Shown piece by piece: positions 43,169 to 53,876 of a stretch of 64,000 nt of DNA. This DNA comes from an uncultured delta proteobacterium (GTDB lineage: Bacteria > Desulfobacterota > WTBG01 > CAIYCZ01 > CAIRTM01): NCBI GenBank assembly GCA_963804955.1, contig CAWDSQ010000032.1:1-64000 (forward strand). The letters are read 5' to 3'. The translations under genes and the position numbers were made by a program. The notes beneath the pieces are model-generated. The model ran no database searches. It was not told the DNA's origin and saw only the letters and a program-made list of their open reading frames with translations. Position 1 is the first letter of the stretch; each line of letters opens with the position of its first letter.

Positions 43169-44862
43169 TTAAAATGATTCAATCCGGGAAAGCCTGTACA
43201 GCCCGATTTTCATAGGCACAATACATGCCGCGGCGCTGAGGGTACAAATAAAAACAACGCAGCCGGCAATAATACCCCACTGGCCGGGCCGCAGCGGCTG
43301 CCCTGCTGCCACGGCATTCAGGTACATATGAAGCGGTAATGCTTCCACCATGACGATAAGAACACAAAAAAGCATTGCCAGCATCATATACACAAGCCCG
43401 CCGAAACCGGTTGGAATCTGTGCAATATTTTCATATCTGAAACGCGGAAAAGCCGCACCGATGCCGATACCCAGACTGGTAATACCAAATGTCATAAGAA
43501 GTACGGTTACGGCAGAAAGCAGCATCATGACACGATCAACTCCAAGCAGCCAGTTTGAGCAAATGATCAGAACTTCCGCCAGTACTGCGAGTAAAATACA
43601 ATTCATCCAGAACTTGCACCGGATCAGACCCCGCAGCCCTACAGGCGATGACTTTATGATCCAGAACGATTCACCTTCAAGGCTTATTGCAGGAAAAGCA
43701 AAACGGACGGCAACAGCGGTAATCACAAAACCGGCAAGCCCCAGATTTAAAAATGATAATATATTCTGAAGCTGCCGTGTTGGAATAGGGCTTTTATCAA
43801 GCGGCAGCACGCTGAAGTTATAAAGATATATAACAATTATAGCAAGCAGGATGAACAGCTGAGACCACTGGGCCGTATCACGGAGAAAAGAGCGGATATC
43901 CTTGTCAACGATTGCGCGCAGAGGGGGTGCAAGCAATGATAAAAGAGCATCGAGCACACGGTTAAACAAACCCCAGCGCTTCACGCGAATGCTCTTTGCC
44001 TCCTGAGCCTTGGACCAGGCATCAAAAAAGATGCGGCGGAAGCACCAGCCAAGCATGACTATAAAGGCAAGCGCCGTACTCCACAAACATGCAAAATGAA
44101 AAGCCTGCGCCATCTCCCTGTTTTTCAAAAAGAAATGCTGAAAGGACATCGGTTACCCACTGACTTGGCAGAAAGGGCGAGGCCGGCGCCTTGAGAACAC
44201 TGAGATAATCGATTACGCTAAAAAAAATATCCGGGTCAACAAGACGCTCAGGCTTCATGAACCGGAACATGCTGTACAGGCCGACAAAAAGAAAAAGGGC
44301 AAGAAGGAAAAATATGTCCTTAAGCCTGCGGGCGGGGAATGACTTTACCAGCCCAAGGGCGACGGCAGTGCCCAGGGCGCCTGAGATAATAAACAGGGGA
44401 ATCAATGTCAGCAGGACCATGCAGTAATAGGCTGCATCCTGCTTGAAAATAATGCCGTAGGACATAAAAACCGGCAAACTGAAAAGCAGTCACCATCCAT
44501 GAACTGTTGATAACGGTTTCAGCAAGCTTGGAAAGATACAGTTCGTCGGCGTCATAGGGCGTCGCCGTGACCAGCTGCAATTCCTCGGACATAAAAAAAA
44601 CTGAGAGCGCCGTGATAATATTGCTGAAAATCAGTATTGAAAAAAAAGAGAGTATGACCATGGAAAGAAGCTTGGCAGCAAGGAACGCCCCCACAATCTC
44701 AATGCCTTTAAAATATGCCAGCACACGGTAAAAAAGGATAAAAATGGCGGCCCAGAAAAGAATGCCGAAAAACCCCACAATCAGGGTTTTTCCGTACATT
44801 CGCCGATCCCGGTGTTTCAGCCGGTTGCGTATCTGAGCAAATCTTGGATATAGCAGCTTCAT
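43169..44862 (-). CDS. large ABC-2-type exporter permease (indel-split)
   Basis: Three consecutive multi-TM frames; RDTAQWSQL, RFAFPAISLEG..FW; adjacent to an ABC ATPase. Confidence 0.8.
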
Positions 44863-44873
44863 TGTGGCACTAT

Positions 44874-45632
44874 TTACAACTGGAGAGAATCGGCAATTTT
44901 CCCCATCGCTTCATCCCCGGTCAGACGAAAAAAAATAGGCTCGAGCCGTTCGGCCTGGCTGCCGCTTGCTGCACGCAACTCTTTCATGGTGCCTACGGCA
45001 ATGAGCTGACCGTCCTGAATAATGCCGATACGGTCGCACATTTCCTCGGCTATCTCGAGCGTATGGGTCGACATGAAAACCGTTGCTCCGCCGTTGCAGA
45101 GTTCGCGGAACAGCCGCCTGACAAGACGCGATCCCCTGGGATCAAGGCCAACCATGGGTTCATCGACAATCAGCGCGGCGGGCTTATGAATAAGGGAGCC
45201 CGCCATGACAAGGCGCTGCTTCATGCCGTGAGAATAGCTTTCAATCAGATCATCCCCATAATCCGTCATCTCGAAAAGTTCAAAAAGCTGGCTTGTTCTG
45301 GGCGCTATATGCAGCGCAGCAACATTATACAGCCGCGCCATGAAACCCAAAAATTCCCGCCCGGTAAGCTTGCCGTAGAGAAAAGGCCGGTCGGGAATAA
45401 ACCCGCACAGCTGTTTGGCCTGCTGCGGATGTGTGTTGAGGTTCCAGTTTTGAATATAGATATCGCCCGCCGTAGGCTTGATGAGCCCCGCCATCATCTT
45501 GATTGTCGTTGTCTTTCCGGCTCCATTGGGCCCGAGAAAACCAAAAATTTCACCCTTTTTAATTTCAAGGCTTATACTGTTAACCGCCGTAACGGATGAA
45601 AATGTCTTGGTCAGATTTTCAAGCCTGATCAT
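44874..45632 (-). CDS. ABC transporter ATP-binding protein
   Basis: GPNGAGKTT, YSHGMKQR, VDEP, STH. Confidence 0.95.
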   Translation of the reverse strand: MIRLENLTKTFSSVTAVNSISLEIKKGEIFGFLGPNGAGKTTTIKMMAGLIKPTAGDIYIQNWNLNTHPQQAKQLCGFIPDRPFLYGKLTGREFLGFMARLYNVAALHIAPRTSQLFELFEMTDYGDDLIESYSHGMKQRLVMAGSLIHKPAALIVDEPMVGLDPRGSRLVRRLFRELCNGGATVFMSTHTLEIAEEMCDRIGIIQDGQLIAVGTMKELRAASGSQAERLEPIFFRLTGDEAMGKIADSLQL

Positions 45633-47096
45633 AAAAACTCCAGCACATCGATTTCAAGTTTGCCTATGAGCTTTAAAATAGAGATCTGGTTTTCCAAATC
45701 CCCATCGACAAATTTAATATGGGAGACATCTGCCGGCACTTGATCCATGGTTGGATCGACACTCACCCAGCGGCCAAAAAAAACCTCGCACCATGCATGA
45801 TAAAAAAAACTGCCGTTCAGATGAACAAGGCCCGCCGCAACCCGGCACGGCACGCCTGCAGCACGGCATAATGCAGTTAAAAGCACGGCATGTTCATTAC
45901 AGTCGCCCTGTTTTGTTGCAAGAACCTCAAGAGCGCTGGGTATGCTCATAGTCGGTTTTTTTTCAATATTTTTATACACCCAGCTGGTTAATTTCCGCAC
46001 CACTGCATAAGCATTTTTCCCCCTGCCGGTCTGCTGCCGGACCAGGTCCAGAATAACCGGATTATCGCTTTGAATAAAAGGTGTTGCCTGTAGAAACGGC
46101 TCCATTTCAGGAAAGGCAAACGTCGTCCGAGCGCATATCCCCGGGGGAAATATCCTCACGCCTTATTTCAACGATATCTCCCACCAGACGCTGCCTGCCT
46201 TCATGTAATGCAAAACCTTCAAGAGAGACATTTTTTAGGCGCAGTTTCAAAAAAGACAGCCCCTGAGCAGAAAACGCCCTTGAAACTTTTATAGAGCTGG
46301 CAGCAATAATATCGGGTTTTTCGCCCCACCCCTTCTTTATAGCCTGCTCACGGTCTTCACGCACCAGCACCAGCCCCATAGGGCTCTCCTCACGAAGCGT
46401 TTCACCCTGTTCATTCACCCACGATGCAGTGGTCAGTCCCTCAAACGATGTCTTTACTTTATAGCAATCGTGACGCGTTCCATTAATCTCTAAAGGCTCC
46501 TTGTCCAGCACCTGCACCTGCATGGTTCTTGTGCTCAGGGTAAGCGGATCGAAAAACGGCTGGCTGTAGTTCATGCCGGGCTTTATGCCCCGCTTGAGCA
46601 GAAAATACCGCATACTGTTCGTAAGCACGGGAGGTTCCTTGAGAGGAATATCACGCCACTCTTTTTTTCCGCCGGTTAAAATATTCAATCTCATGCGCTG
46701 CCCTTGAACCGTTCCCGATACGGACATGCTGATAACACCTGAGGTTAGTCTGAAGCTGAAAATCTGCAGCCGCATATCTCCGTCAGCAACCACATTGACA
46801 TGCGTCTGTATCCGCTGGGGCATACCCATAACCGTAAGGTCCATAAAAACCTCCTCGGTACTATGATAGCCTTCCTCTATGCGTTTGAGCTCTGAGCTGC
46901 TGTACCCGATTTTACTGCCCTTCAGATAGATGCCCGACCACTCCTGACGCGATTCAACAGCCGTGCCTATGAATTGCTTTTCGAGCTGCACAGGGCGAAA
47001 TGCCGCTATCTGCTCCATAGCCAGCATAGCCATCAGCACAATCCAGCAAACGACAATAAGAATTCCGACTGTTTCGTATAAGCGTTTCATATGCAT
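45629..47096 (-). CDS. membrane-anchored transglutaminase-like (Cys-His-Asp) protein (indel near 46120)
   Basis: N-terminal TM; GDCNEHA, YHAWCE, VDPT. Confidence 0.85.
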
Positions 47097-47100
47097 AAGA

Positions 47101-47134
47101 AAAAACCCTGATGCCGGCAGGGAATCAGGGTTTT
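47101..47134 (-). terminator. intrinsic terminator after ihfB
   Basis: AAAACCCTGAT/ATCAGGGTTTT stem with T-run. Confidence 0.7.
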
Positions 47135-47159
47135 CAATTTTTTTCAATAAAACAGGGAG

Positions 47160-47489
47160 TCACGGCGTTTCAACCGGCTGCTCCTGCTGAGAGTGTGGGG
47201 GTTGGTTCACAACCTGATGATTAATGCGATCCTTCAACTCCTTGCCGACCTTAAAAAATGGACGGCGTTTAGGCTCGATGGTTATAACAGAGCCGGTACG
47301 CGGATGATTACCGGTACGGCCCTTGTACTCGCGCACCTTGAAGCTTCCAAAGCCCCGTATTTCAATGCCTTCACCCTTGATAAGCGCATCGATCATGGCA
47401 TCAAAAACCGTATTCACAGCAATCTCTGCAATTTTGGGCTGAATATTTGCCTGCTCTGAAAGCTGCTGGATTAACTCAGATTTGACCAT
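47160..47489 (-). CDS. ihfB: integration host factor beta / HU family
   Basis: MVKSELI, IEIRGFGSF, PRTG, PFFKVGKELKDRIN. Confidence 0.85.
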   Translation of the reverse strand: MVKSELIQQLSEQANIQPKIAEIAVNTVFDAMIDALIKGEGIEIRGFGSFKVREYKGRTGNHPRTGSVITIEPKRRPFFKVGKELKDRINHQVVNQPPHSQQEQPVETP

Positions 47490-47545
47490 TGGTGATCCCT
47501 CGTGAATGTATCAGTAAATTCATAAGTAATTTCAATAGGTAAAAA

Positions 47546-47574
47546 TTTATAGCTAATTGATTCTCCAATGTCAA
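47546..47574 (-). promoter_or_regulatory. sigma70 promoter of ihfB
   Basis: TTGACA-17-TATAAA. Confidence 0.7.
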
Positions 47575-47582
47575 CAAAGTTT

Positions 47583-48160
47583 TCAAAATCTTTTTCCGCC
47601 TTTGCGGATCATGTCAAAATAATACATTTATGCTCTGGGCAGCCTCAGGGGAATACATGACCGCGCTTAGTTCGTGATTTTTTGCCAAAGCATGGAAAGT
47701 CCAGTTCGTGCTTCCAAGTACGGCGATAGCATTATCAAAAACCAGAAATTTTGTATGCGTTGTCAGCTGAGCATTGTCAAAAAAAACAGCAATGCCTGCT
47801 TTCTTGAGCAAACCGGCTGTTTGTGTGTTGCTCCGGGCAACCTCGTCTAGACTTCCTCCATTGTCTAAAACCACTTCAACCTTGACGCCACGCTTATGTG
47901 CCTGCAATGAGCCCATGCACAAGCTTATTGCTTGGGCTGTCAGGATGAGTGGTGTAAACAACAGCCTGAAACATGCAGACCCGTATTGAATTTTGAGCGC
48001 CATTAATCAACCGCATGACTTCAGGGTAATAGTCCTGGTCTTTTAGCAGTTCCATTTTTTTTACTTCAAAACCATGGGATTGCGGACAGGGTACAACAAA
48101 AATAAAAAATGCACTTATAAATAAAAAAATATTAAAAATAATTATTTTTTTAAAGTGCAT
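47583..48160 (-). CDS. exported single-HKD phospholipase D / Nuc-like protein (indel-split)
   Basis: Signal-like N-terminus; A.KRGVKVEVVLD, HTKFLVFD, GSTNW, N.E. Confidence 0.8.
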
Positions 48161-48164
48161 ATGT

Positions 48165-48374
48165 CTAGCCATCTTTTCTTTGAGTAATCGGCGCGGTGGA
48201 ATTTTCATCATCTTCCTCTATATCCCCATCCCCCGCAGGGATACTGTAGCCTTCTTCAAGCCATGTGCCAAGATCAATTAAACGGCAGCGTTTGGAACAG
48301 AAAGGCCTGAACGGATTGTCTGTGCGATAAGCAACTTTTTTTTTACATGTGGGACAGCGAACCATCAATGGCAT
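48165..48374 (-). CDS. yacG: DNA gyrase inhibitor
   Basis: CPTC...RPFCSKRCRLIDLGTW. Confidence 0.92.
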   Translation of the reverse strand: MPLMVRCPTCKKKVAYRTDNPFRPFCSKRCRLIDLGTWLEEGYSIPAGDGDIEEDDENSTAPITQRKDG

Positions 48375-48486
48375 ACAGGAACTCATTTCTAGATCAATTG
48401 GTTGAATGCTGGAATTAAAATTTTTTCATCGCCATAGTCTCTGCCTGTCATCTATCAATTCATGGCTTTAATGTCAATAAAACCTG

Positions 48487-48515
48487 TTGCCAGATGAACG
48501 AGGAGCGATTATAGT
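48487..48515 (+). promoter_or_regulatory. sigma70 promoter
   Basis: TTGCCA-17-TATAGT, 70 nt before ATG 48585. Confidence 0.55.
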
Positions 48516-48584
48516 AACCGTACAAAAAAATGACTGCTAAGCGCGCTAAAAGCTTCATTTTATTAGAAGGAATTACAGCATATT

Positions 48585-49553
48585 ATGCTTAAAGACCTCA
48601 TACAGCAAATCATACAGTACCCGGGCATAACGCGAAAACGCGATATTTATAAAATAACCTCCGCGCTTGCAGATATGACCGATTTTGGCAATACAGCTAT
48701 CGGATTTGGCGACGATGCTGCCGCGATTTATCACAATGGAGAATATCTTCTCCTTGCTGCAGACGGAATCTGGTCCGGTCTTATCGAGGCAAATCCCTAT
48801 GGCGCAGGCAAGGCATCAGTCATGGCCAGCGTGAATGATATTTATGCTATGGGCGGCAGACCACTGGCAATGGTAAACGTTATCGGCATGCCCGACGCAT
48901 CGTATTACGATGAAATCGTCCGGGGTATACGAAAAGGTTGTGAAAAATTCCGTGTGCCTATGGTCGGCGGGCATCTGCATCCGGACACGCGAGAGGTGTC
49001 GCTTTCTGTTGCCATCCTTGGAAGTGCAAAAAAACTGCTGCGAAGCGACAATGCCATGCCGGGGCAGGATCTGGTCTTTGCTGTGGATCTTGAAGGTCGC
49101 GGCTTTCAATGCAAGCCGGTTCTCAGCTGGGACACCAATTCCGGCAAAACATCCGAGCAGGCCCTGGCACGGCTCAATATTTTACCGCAACTGGCGGAAG
49201 AAAGCCTGTGCGCTACCTGCAAAGATGTAAGTAATGGGGGACTGCTGGGGACTATAGCGTTGCTTCTTGAAACCTCAAAAGTAGGAGCCATGGTAAACAT
49301 CGATGCTGTCCCCCGCCCATTAGACTTTCCGCTTACCGACTGGCTTAAAGCTTTTTTGAGCTATGGATTTATTCTGACCGTCAATAAAGAATTAACCTCA
49401 AAAGTCATAGATGCTTTTTCACAGCAGCGGATAACAGCTCTTGCCATCGGCACAATCATCGATGAGCGACGCCTCCATGTGTCACTTGCAGGAGAACAGG
49501 GTGTTCTTTTTGATCTGATGCGGGAGCCCATAACAGGGATACTTATGGAATGA
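48585..49553 (+). CDS. AIR synthase (PurM)-superfamily protein, methanogenesis-marker-2/sll0787-like
   Basis: GITRK, GDDAAA, LLAADGIW, VNDIYAMGGRP, VGGH, KDVSNGG. Confidence 0.8.
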   Translation: MLKDLIQQIIQYPGITRKRDIYKITSALADMTDFGNTAIGFGDDAAAIYHNGEYLLLAADGIWSGLIEANPYGAGKASVMASVNDIYAMGGRPLAMVNVIGMPDASYYDEIVRGIRKGCEKFRVPMVGGHLHPDTREVSLSVAILGSAKKLLRSDNAMPGQDLVFAVDLEGRGFQCKPVLSWDTNSGKTSEQALARLNILPQLAEESLCATCKDVSNGGLLGTIALLLETSKVGAMVNIDAVPRPLDFPLTDWLKAFLSYGFILTVNKELTSKVIDAFSQQRITALAIGTIIDERRLHVSLAGEQGVLFDLMREPITGILME

Positions 49554-49704
49554 TGAACCCGCACGGCGCACAGTCCTTTCGTGACCCGTTTTTTGAAATG
49601 CACGCTCCCCATGATTAAAAAAAAACCGAGTCAGAAAAGCGCTTGCGTCATGTCTAAAGTTTTAATTGTAGCCAGCGCTGTCCTATTCGCCCGGAGCACT
49701 TGAT

Positions 49705-51012
49705 ATGTATTGTCCAAAATGCATGATTGCAATTGATCTCAACGGAGCGAAAAACTGCCCGCACTGCGCAACCCCTCTTGCAGAAATACCGGCGCCGTTG
49801 AGCACGACCCCAGCGGCCCATACAACCAGTCAGTCGCCAGCAGATCTTCAGGACGGGGCTATCCTGCAGGACGGCACACATGATGCGCAGTCCGACCCGC
49901 TGTTTCCTGCATTAAACGAAAATTTTTTTTCTCTTGAAAAGGCACTCAACGATACTTCCATCACATACAACGATGCCGCATCCCAAACAAATTCCACAAA
50001 ACATGATCTGCACAGCAGTACATCTTTCGGCAATAAAGAAGCGGAAACTGCCCATGCATCTGATCATGACATGACACATGACGGCATCTTCGGACAGATA
50101 CTTGATGCAACTATCCATGATACAGCAACAGGGGAAACAATGCATTTTCAAGACAGGGCAGACAGTTCAGTCTGGCAGCAGGCCCAGTCTTGCGAATTGC
50201 TCGATAAAGTATTTGATAAAATACAGCTGGATGATCAATGTGCACGTGCGCCGGGATCAAAATCCCTTGCCATTACCGCGCTGCTGGGCGCGCTCATATT
50301 ACTGTCTGCTATCGGATCGGGCATTTATTATCTCAAGCATACAACAGCGCAGGAAGCGGCTCTGCAAACGCCCGCAAACGTTCTTATATTGCCCTCACCC
50401 GAAGCGCCTGCACCAACGTTAAAGACTCCCCCTCCGGCGGAACAACAAAATGAGGAAGGCGCCACATATACGGCACAGGTTGGTTCGCAGGCAAGGCAGG
50501 ACATTTCGGCATATCAGACACCTGTTCCGGATGAGGCGCGGCACACCTCTGACAGCCCTGAGGCACAGGATGTTCATGGTATACCGTCGAAACAGGCAGA
50601 GGAAGCAGGTACACCTGTGCCGCAAAAAAACATGCCGTCTTCAGGGGAGGCGCCATCAGTCACTGCGACATCACTCCGCCCCCGCGAAAACAATAAAGAC
50701 GCCTCCGTCACTATCGCAACCGCACAAAGCAGCAGTCTGTCCTCTGCAGCAAAAGTCCTTACCGATTCCGAAAACGGTTCGCATATACTGATGTGCGGTT
50801 CATTTCAAAACAAAGACAAAGCACTTAAGCAGGCTGCAAAAATAAGGGCTAAAGGATATAAGCCCTTTGTCGAAACAGCCGATCTCGGTAGTAAGGGGAT
50901 ATGGTACCGAATTAAAATAGCCGGGTTTAATTCAAAGGATGCAGCGGAAAAAGCCCGGGGCGAATTGAACAGGGCATTAAAACTTGCAGCAATTGTAGCC
51001 AAACGCAAATAA
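49705..51012 (+). CDS. zinc-ribbon / TM / SPOR domain protein
   Basis: CPKC..CPHC, single TM, low-complexity linker, GSFQNK..A...WYRIKIAGF.SK..A. Confidence 0.8.
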   Translation: MYCPKCMIAIDLNGAKNCPHCATPLAEIPAPLSTTPAAHTTSQSPADLQDGAILQDGTHDAQSDPLFPALNENFFSLEKALNDTSITYNDAASQTNSTKHDLHSSTSFGNKEAETAHASDHDMTHDGIFGQILDATIHDTATGETMHFQDRADSSVWQQAQSCELLDKVFDKIQLDDQCARAPGSKSLAITALLGALILLSAIGSGIYYLKHTTAQEAALQTPANVLILPSPEAPAPTLKTPPPAEQQNEEGATYTAQVGSQARQDISAYQTPVPDEARHTSDSPEAQDVHGIPSKQAEEAGTPVPQKNMPSSGEAPSVTATSLRPRENNKDASVTIATAQSSSLSSAAKVLTDSENGSHILMCGSFQNKDKALKQAAKIRAKGYKPFVETADLGSKGIWYRIKIAGFNSKDAAEKARGELNRALKLAAIVAKRK

Positions 51013-51158
51013 AATTTTCAGCAGCAGGCACGAACTGCGGCTGCTGAAACGCATCACTGTCTTCTCCTGAGTAAAACTGCTGGCTGCATACAAGCCTCTT
51101 GAAACACCTCTATCCATACCTTAACCTTTAAAAACTTTTGAGGCCATAAACAACAAAT

Positions 51159-52040
51159 CTACAGCAAAACAGCACACACAGCCAGCCCATACAAAACCAC
51201 AGAAAGAAGTATTGGCCTATCATTGAGCAGTGCTTTTTCAGGGCTCCCCCCTTCGTTTTTCTGATAAACAAGATACAGGTAGCGAAAAATACCGTACAGA
51301 ACAAAAGGGATTGTATACTTAAGCTTATCGCTTCCAAATTTTGCTACCGTCTCGGCAGAAACAGTGTAGAGAATATAGGCAATAAGAGTTGCAGTTGTTA
51401 CGATTGAAATCATCTGGTCCAGAAGGCCGGTACTGTATTCATCAAGGATTCGGCGATGCTCTCCCGCACTATCCTCAAGCAGTACAAGTTCATGACGTCG
51501 CTTGCTGAGAGCAAGGAAAAGAGCTAAAAGAATAGTACAAAAAAATAACCACGTGGAAAAAGAAACTTCAATGGCAACGGCACCGGCGACAACGCGCAGC
51601 AAGAAACCTGCTGCTATGCAGAACACATCGATAATGACAACATGTTTCAACCATGATGAATAGCATATCTGAAGAATAAGGTAGCAGGCAGCAATACCAG
51701 TGAATTGCCAGTTAAGAAGGGTCAGAGAACTGAGCGTTAAACCGGCCAGCAGTGCTGTCAGGAAAAGAACTGCTGCACGGGGCTTCAGCAGACCTGACGC
51801 AAGAGGCCGTTTGCATTTAAGCGGATGCTTGCGGTCCTGTTTAATATCAATCAGATCGTTTATAATATATACCGAACCGGAAAGAGCGCAAAATACAGCA
51901 AAAGCCAGGCATACCTCCAAAACAAGGGGGGTCTTCAGGAAATTTTGTGAAAATAAAAGAGGGGCAAAAATAATGGCGTTTTTTGTCCACTGCTTTGGCC
52001 GCATAGAGCGGAACAAAAGAAAAACTGCGCTTTTATTCAT
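51159..52040 (-). CDS. UbiA-family polyprenyl-phosphate phosphoribosyltransferase
   Basis: RPKQWTKN, YIINDLID...DRKHPLK..RPLASG, KRRHEL, GIFRYL. Confidence 0.88.
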   Translation of the reverse strand: MNKSAVFLLFRSMRPKQWTKNAIIFAPLLFSQNFLKTPLVLEVCLAFAVFCALSGSVYIINDLIDIKQDRKHPLKCKRPLASGLLKPRAAVLFLTALLAGLTLSSLTLLNWQFTGIAACYLILQICYSSWLKHVVIIDVFCIAAGFLLRVVAGAVAIEVSFSTWLFFCTILLALFLALSKRRHELVLLEDSAGEHRRILDEYSTGLLDQMISIVTTATLIAYILYTVSAETVAKFGSDKLKYTIPFVLYGIFRYLYLVYQKNEGGSPEKALLNDRPILLSVVLYGLAVCAVLL

Positions 52041-52073
52041 TTGATGAGCCTGACCGTTCCTGTTTTTTTGTCT

Positions 52074-52430
52074 TTAGCGCGCTACCATCCAGACACCGGC
52101 AATGATCAGTCCGATTCCGGAAAGCTGAACACCGCTTAAACTTTCCTTAAATAAAACACATGATACAAGTATCACAAGAATATAGCCAATACTTGTATTG
52201 ATCGGATAGGCGACGCTCAGATTCATTTTAATAAGGGCATAATTATAGGCAGCAAGCCCGAGTGCAAAACAGCCAATCCCCCCCCAGATAACAGGATTGG
52301 TTGCCATGTTTATAAACACATCTGCAATCTGATTGTTTTCCTTAGGCTTGAGAGCGCCGGCCTTCATGAGAATATTAGCGGCTGCATTCAACACGATTGA
52401 AACAGCGAGCAAAACATAGGTCGTGAACAT
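52074..52430 (-). CDS. small 4-TM SMR/EamA (ArnE/F-like) protein
   Basis: NAAANILMK, LSVAYP, LFKE; four hydrophobic segments. Confidence 0.8.
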   Translation of the reverse strand: MFTTYVLLAVSIVLNAAANILMKAGALKPKENNQIADVFINMATNPVIWGGIGCFALGLAAYNYALIKMNLSVAYPINTSIGYILVILVSCVLFKESLSGVQLSGIGLIIAGVWMVAR

Positions 52431-52652
52431 ATTCCCGGCTCCCTTCCCGACGAACCGCACAGCGCTGTGCAGCCAGTTCAATAAGCACTTAATTTTTCTT
52501 CAGTATTTGCGTATTTGCAAATTGTTCGGTTTTGTGTTTGTATAAATATTTATCGAAAACACAATTTAATCCCAATACGATTATTGCAAAATAAAATAAG
52601 ATTTTGCAACAATTACATAGAGCTCTTTTTTTGTCAATGGGAACGCATACTC

Positions 52653-53876
52653 ATGAACAGCTTCGCAGGCACAAGTAAAAAACTACTGATTACAACCTCA
52701 ACATTTCCCCGCTGGCAGGGTGACACTGATCCGCCCTTTGTCTTCGACCTGGCGATACGTCTTAAAGACACCTTCGATATACTTGTGCTGTGCCCGCACG
52801 CTGCAGCGTTAAAAACGTCTGAAATAGTTGCCGGCATGACAGTAAAGCGCTTCCGCTATTTCTTCACTCGTTATGAAACCCTGGCTTATGGCAGCGGCAT
52901 ACTGAACAGGTTCAGGGAAAGCCATTTGTATTACTGCCTTGTCCCGTTTTTCCTTGCAGGCCAGCTGCTTGCGACAATACGCTGTTTGTTGTTGGACCGG
53001 CCGGATATTATAAATGCTCACTGGCTCATCCCGCAGGGATTGATAGCAGTACTGGCAAAAAAAATAACGGGGACAAAGGCTCCGATTGTTTGCACTATTC
53101 ATGGCGGGGATATTTTCGGACTCAAGGGCTCTGTCATGGGCGCTCTTAAACGCTTTGTGCTCAAACAATGTGCTGCGGTGAATGTCGTAAGCAATGCCAT
53201 GACACAAGCTATTGCCGGCCTGGGTATAGACCACAGGTGCATCAATGTCATTCCTATGGGTGTCGACCTTAAAAATAAATTCATTCCCGGAAAACAAGCC
53301 AAAACTTCAAAATCACTTCTTTTCGTCGGCCGTTTTGCTGAAAAAAAAGGGCTCATCTACCTTATTAATGCCATGCCGATTGTTCTGAACAAACACCCCG
53401 ATGCACGTTTAACTATCGTCGGACACGGACCTCTTGAACACGCCATCATCAAACGCATAGCAGAATTAGGACTTCAGCATGCCATCCATATCGCCGGCGC
53501 TTTTGAAAATGCAAAACTGCCCGCCATCTACCAGACAAGCCAAATTGTTGTTTTTCCCTCCATTATCGCTGACAGCGGAGATACTGAAGGCTTCGGTCTT
53601 GTCATGGTCGAGGCGATGGGCTGCGGCTGCGCTGTCATTGCATCAGATTTGCCAGCCATTCATGACAGTGTCATAGACGGACAAACAGGACTGCTTGTTC
53701 CACAAAAAGACACCCCCGCGCTTGCAAAAAAAATTATACGCCTCCTGGACAATCCGGAGCAGGTGGAAACACTGGCTCTGCAGGCACGAAAGTATGTTCT
53801 TGAGCGATACGACTGGACGATTACCGCGCAAAAATACATTGCTACTTTCAACAGCTCGCTGCAGAAACAGTACTAA
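52653..53876 (+). CDS. glycosyltransferase family 4
   Basis: TSTFPRW, AHWLIPQG, FVGRFAEKKG, EGFGLVMVEAM. Confidence 0.92.
   Translation: MNSFAGTSKKLLITTSTFPRWQGDTDPPFVFDLAIRLKDTFDILVLCPHAAALKTSEIVAGMTVKRFRYFFTRYETLAYGSGILNRFRESHLYYCLVPFFLAGQLLATIRCLLLDRPDIINAHWLIPQGLIAVLAKKITGTKAPIVCTIHGGDIFGLKGSVMGALKRFVLKQCAAVNVVSNAMTQAIAGLGIDHRCINVIPMGVDLKNKFIPGKQAKTSKSLLFVGRFAEKKGLIYLINAMPIVLNKHPDARLTIVGHGPLEHAIIKRIAELGLQHAIHIAGAFENAKLPAIYQTSQIVVFPSIIADSGDTEGFGLVMVEAMGCGCAVIASDLPAIHDSVIDGQTGLLVPQKDTPALAKKIIRLLDNPEQVETLALQARKYVLERYDWTITAQKYIATFNSSLQKQY

Noticed and set aside
51016..51049. Hairpin after the SPOR gene as a repeat element
   Set aside because: Best explained as an ordinary weak terminator between converging genes; no second copy seen
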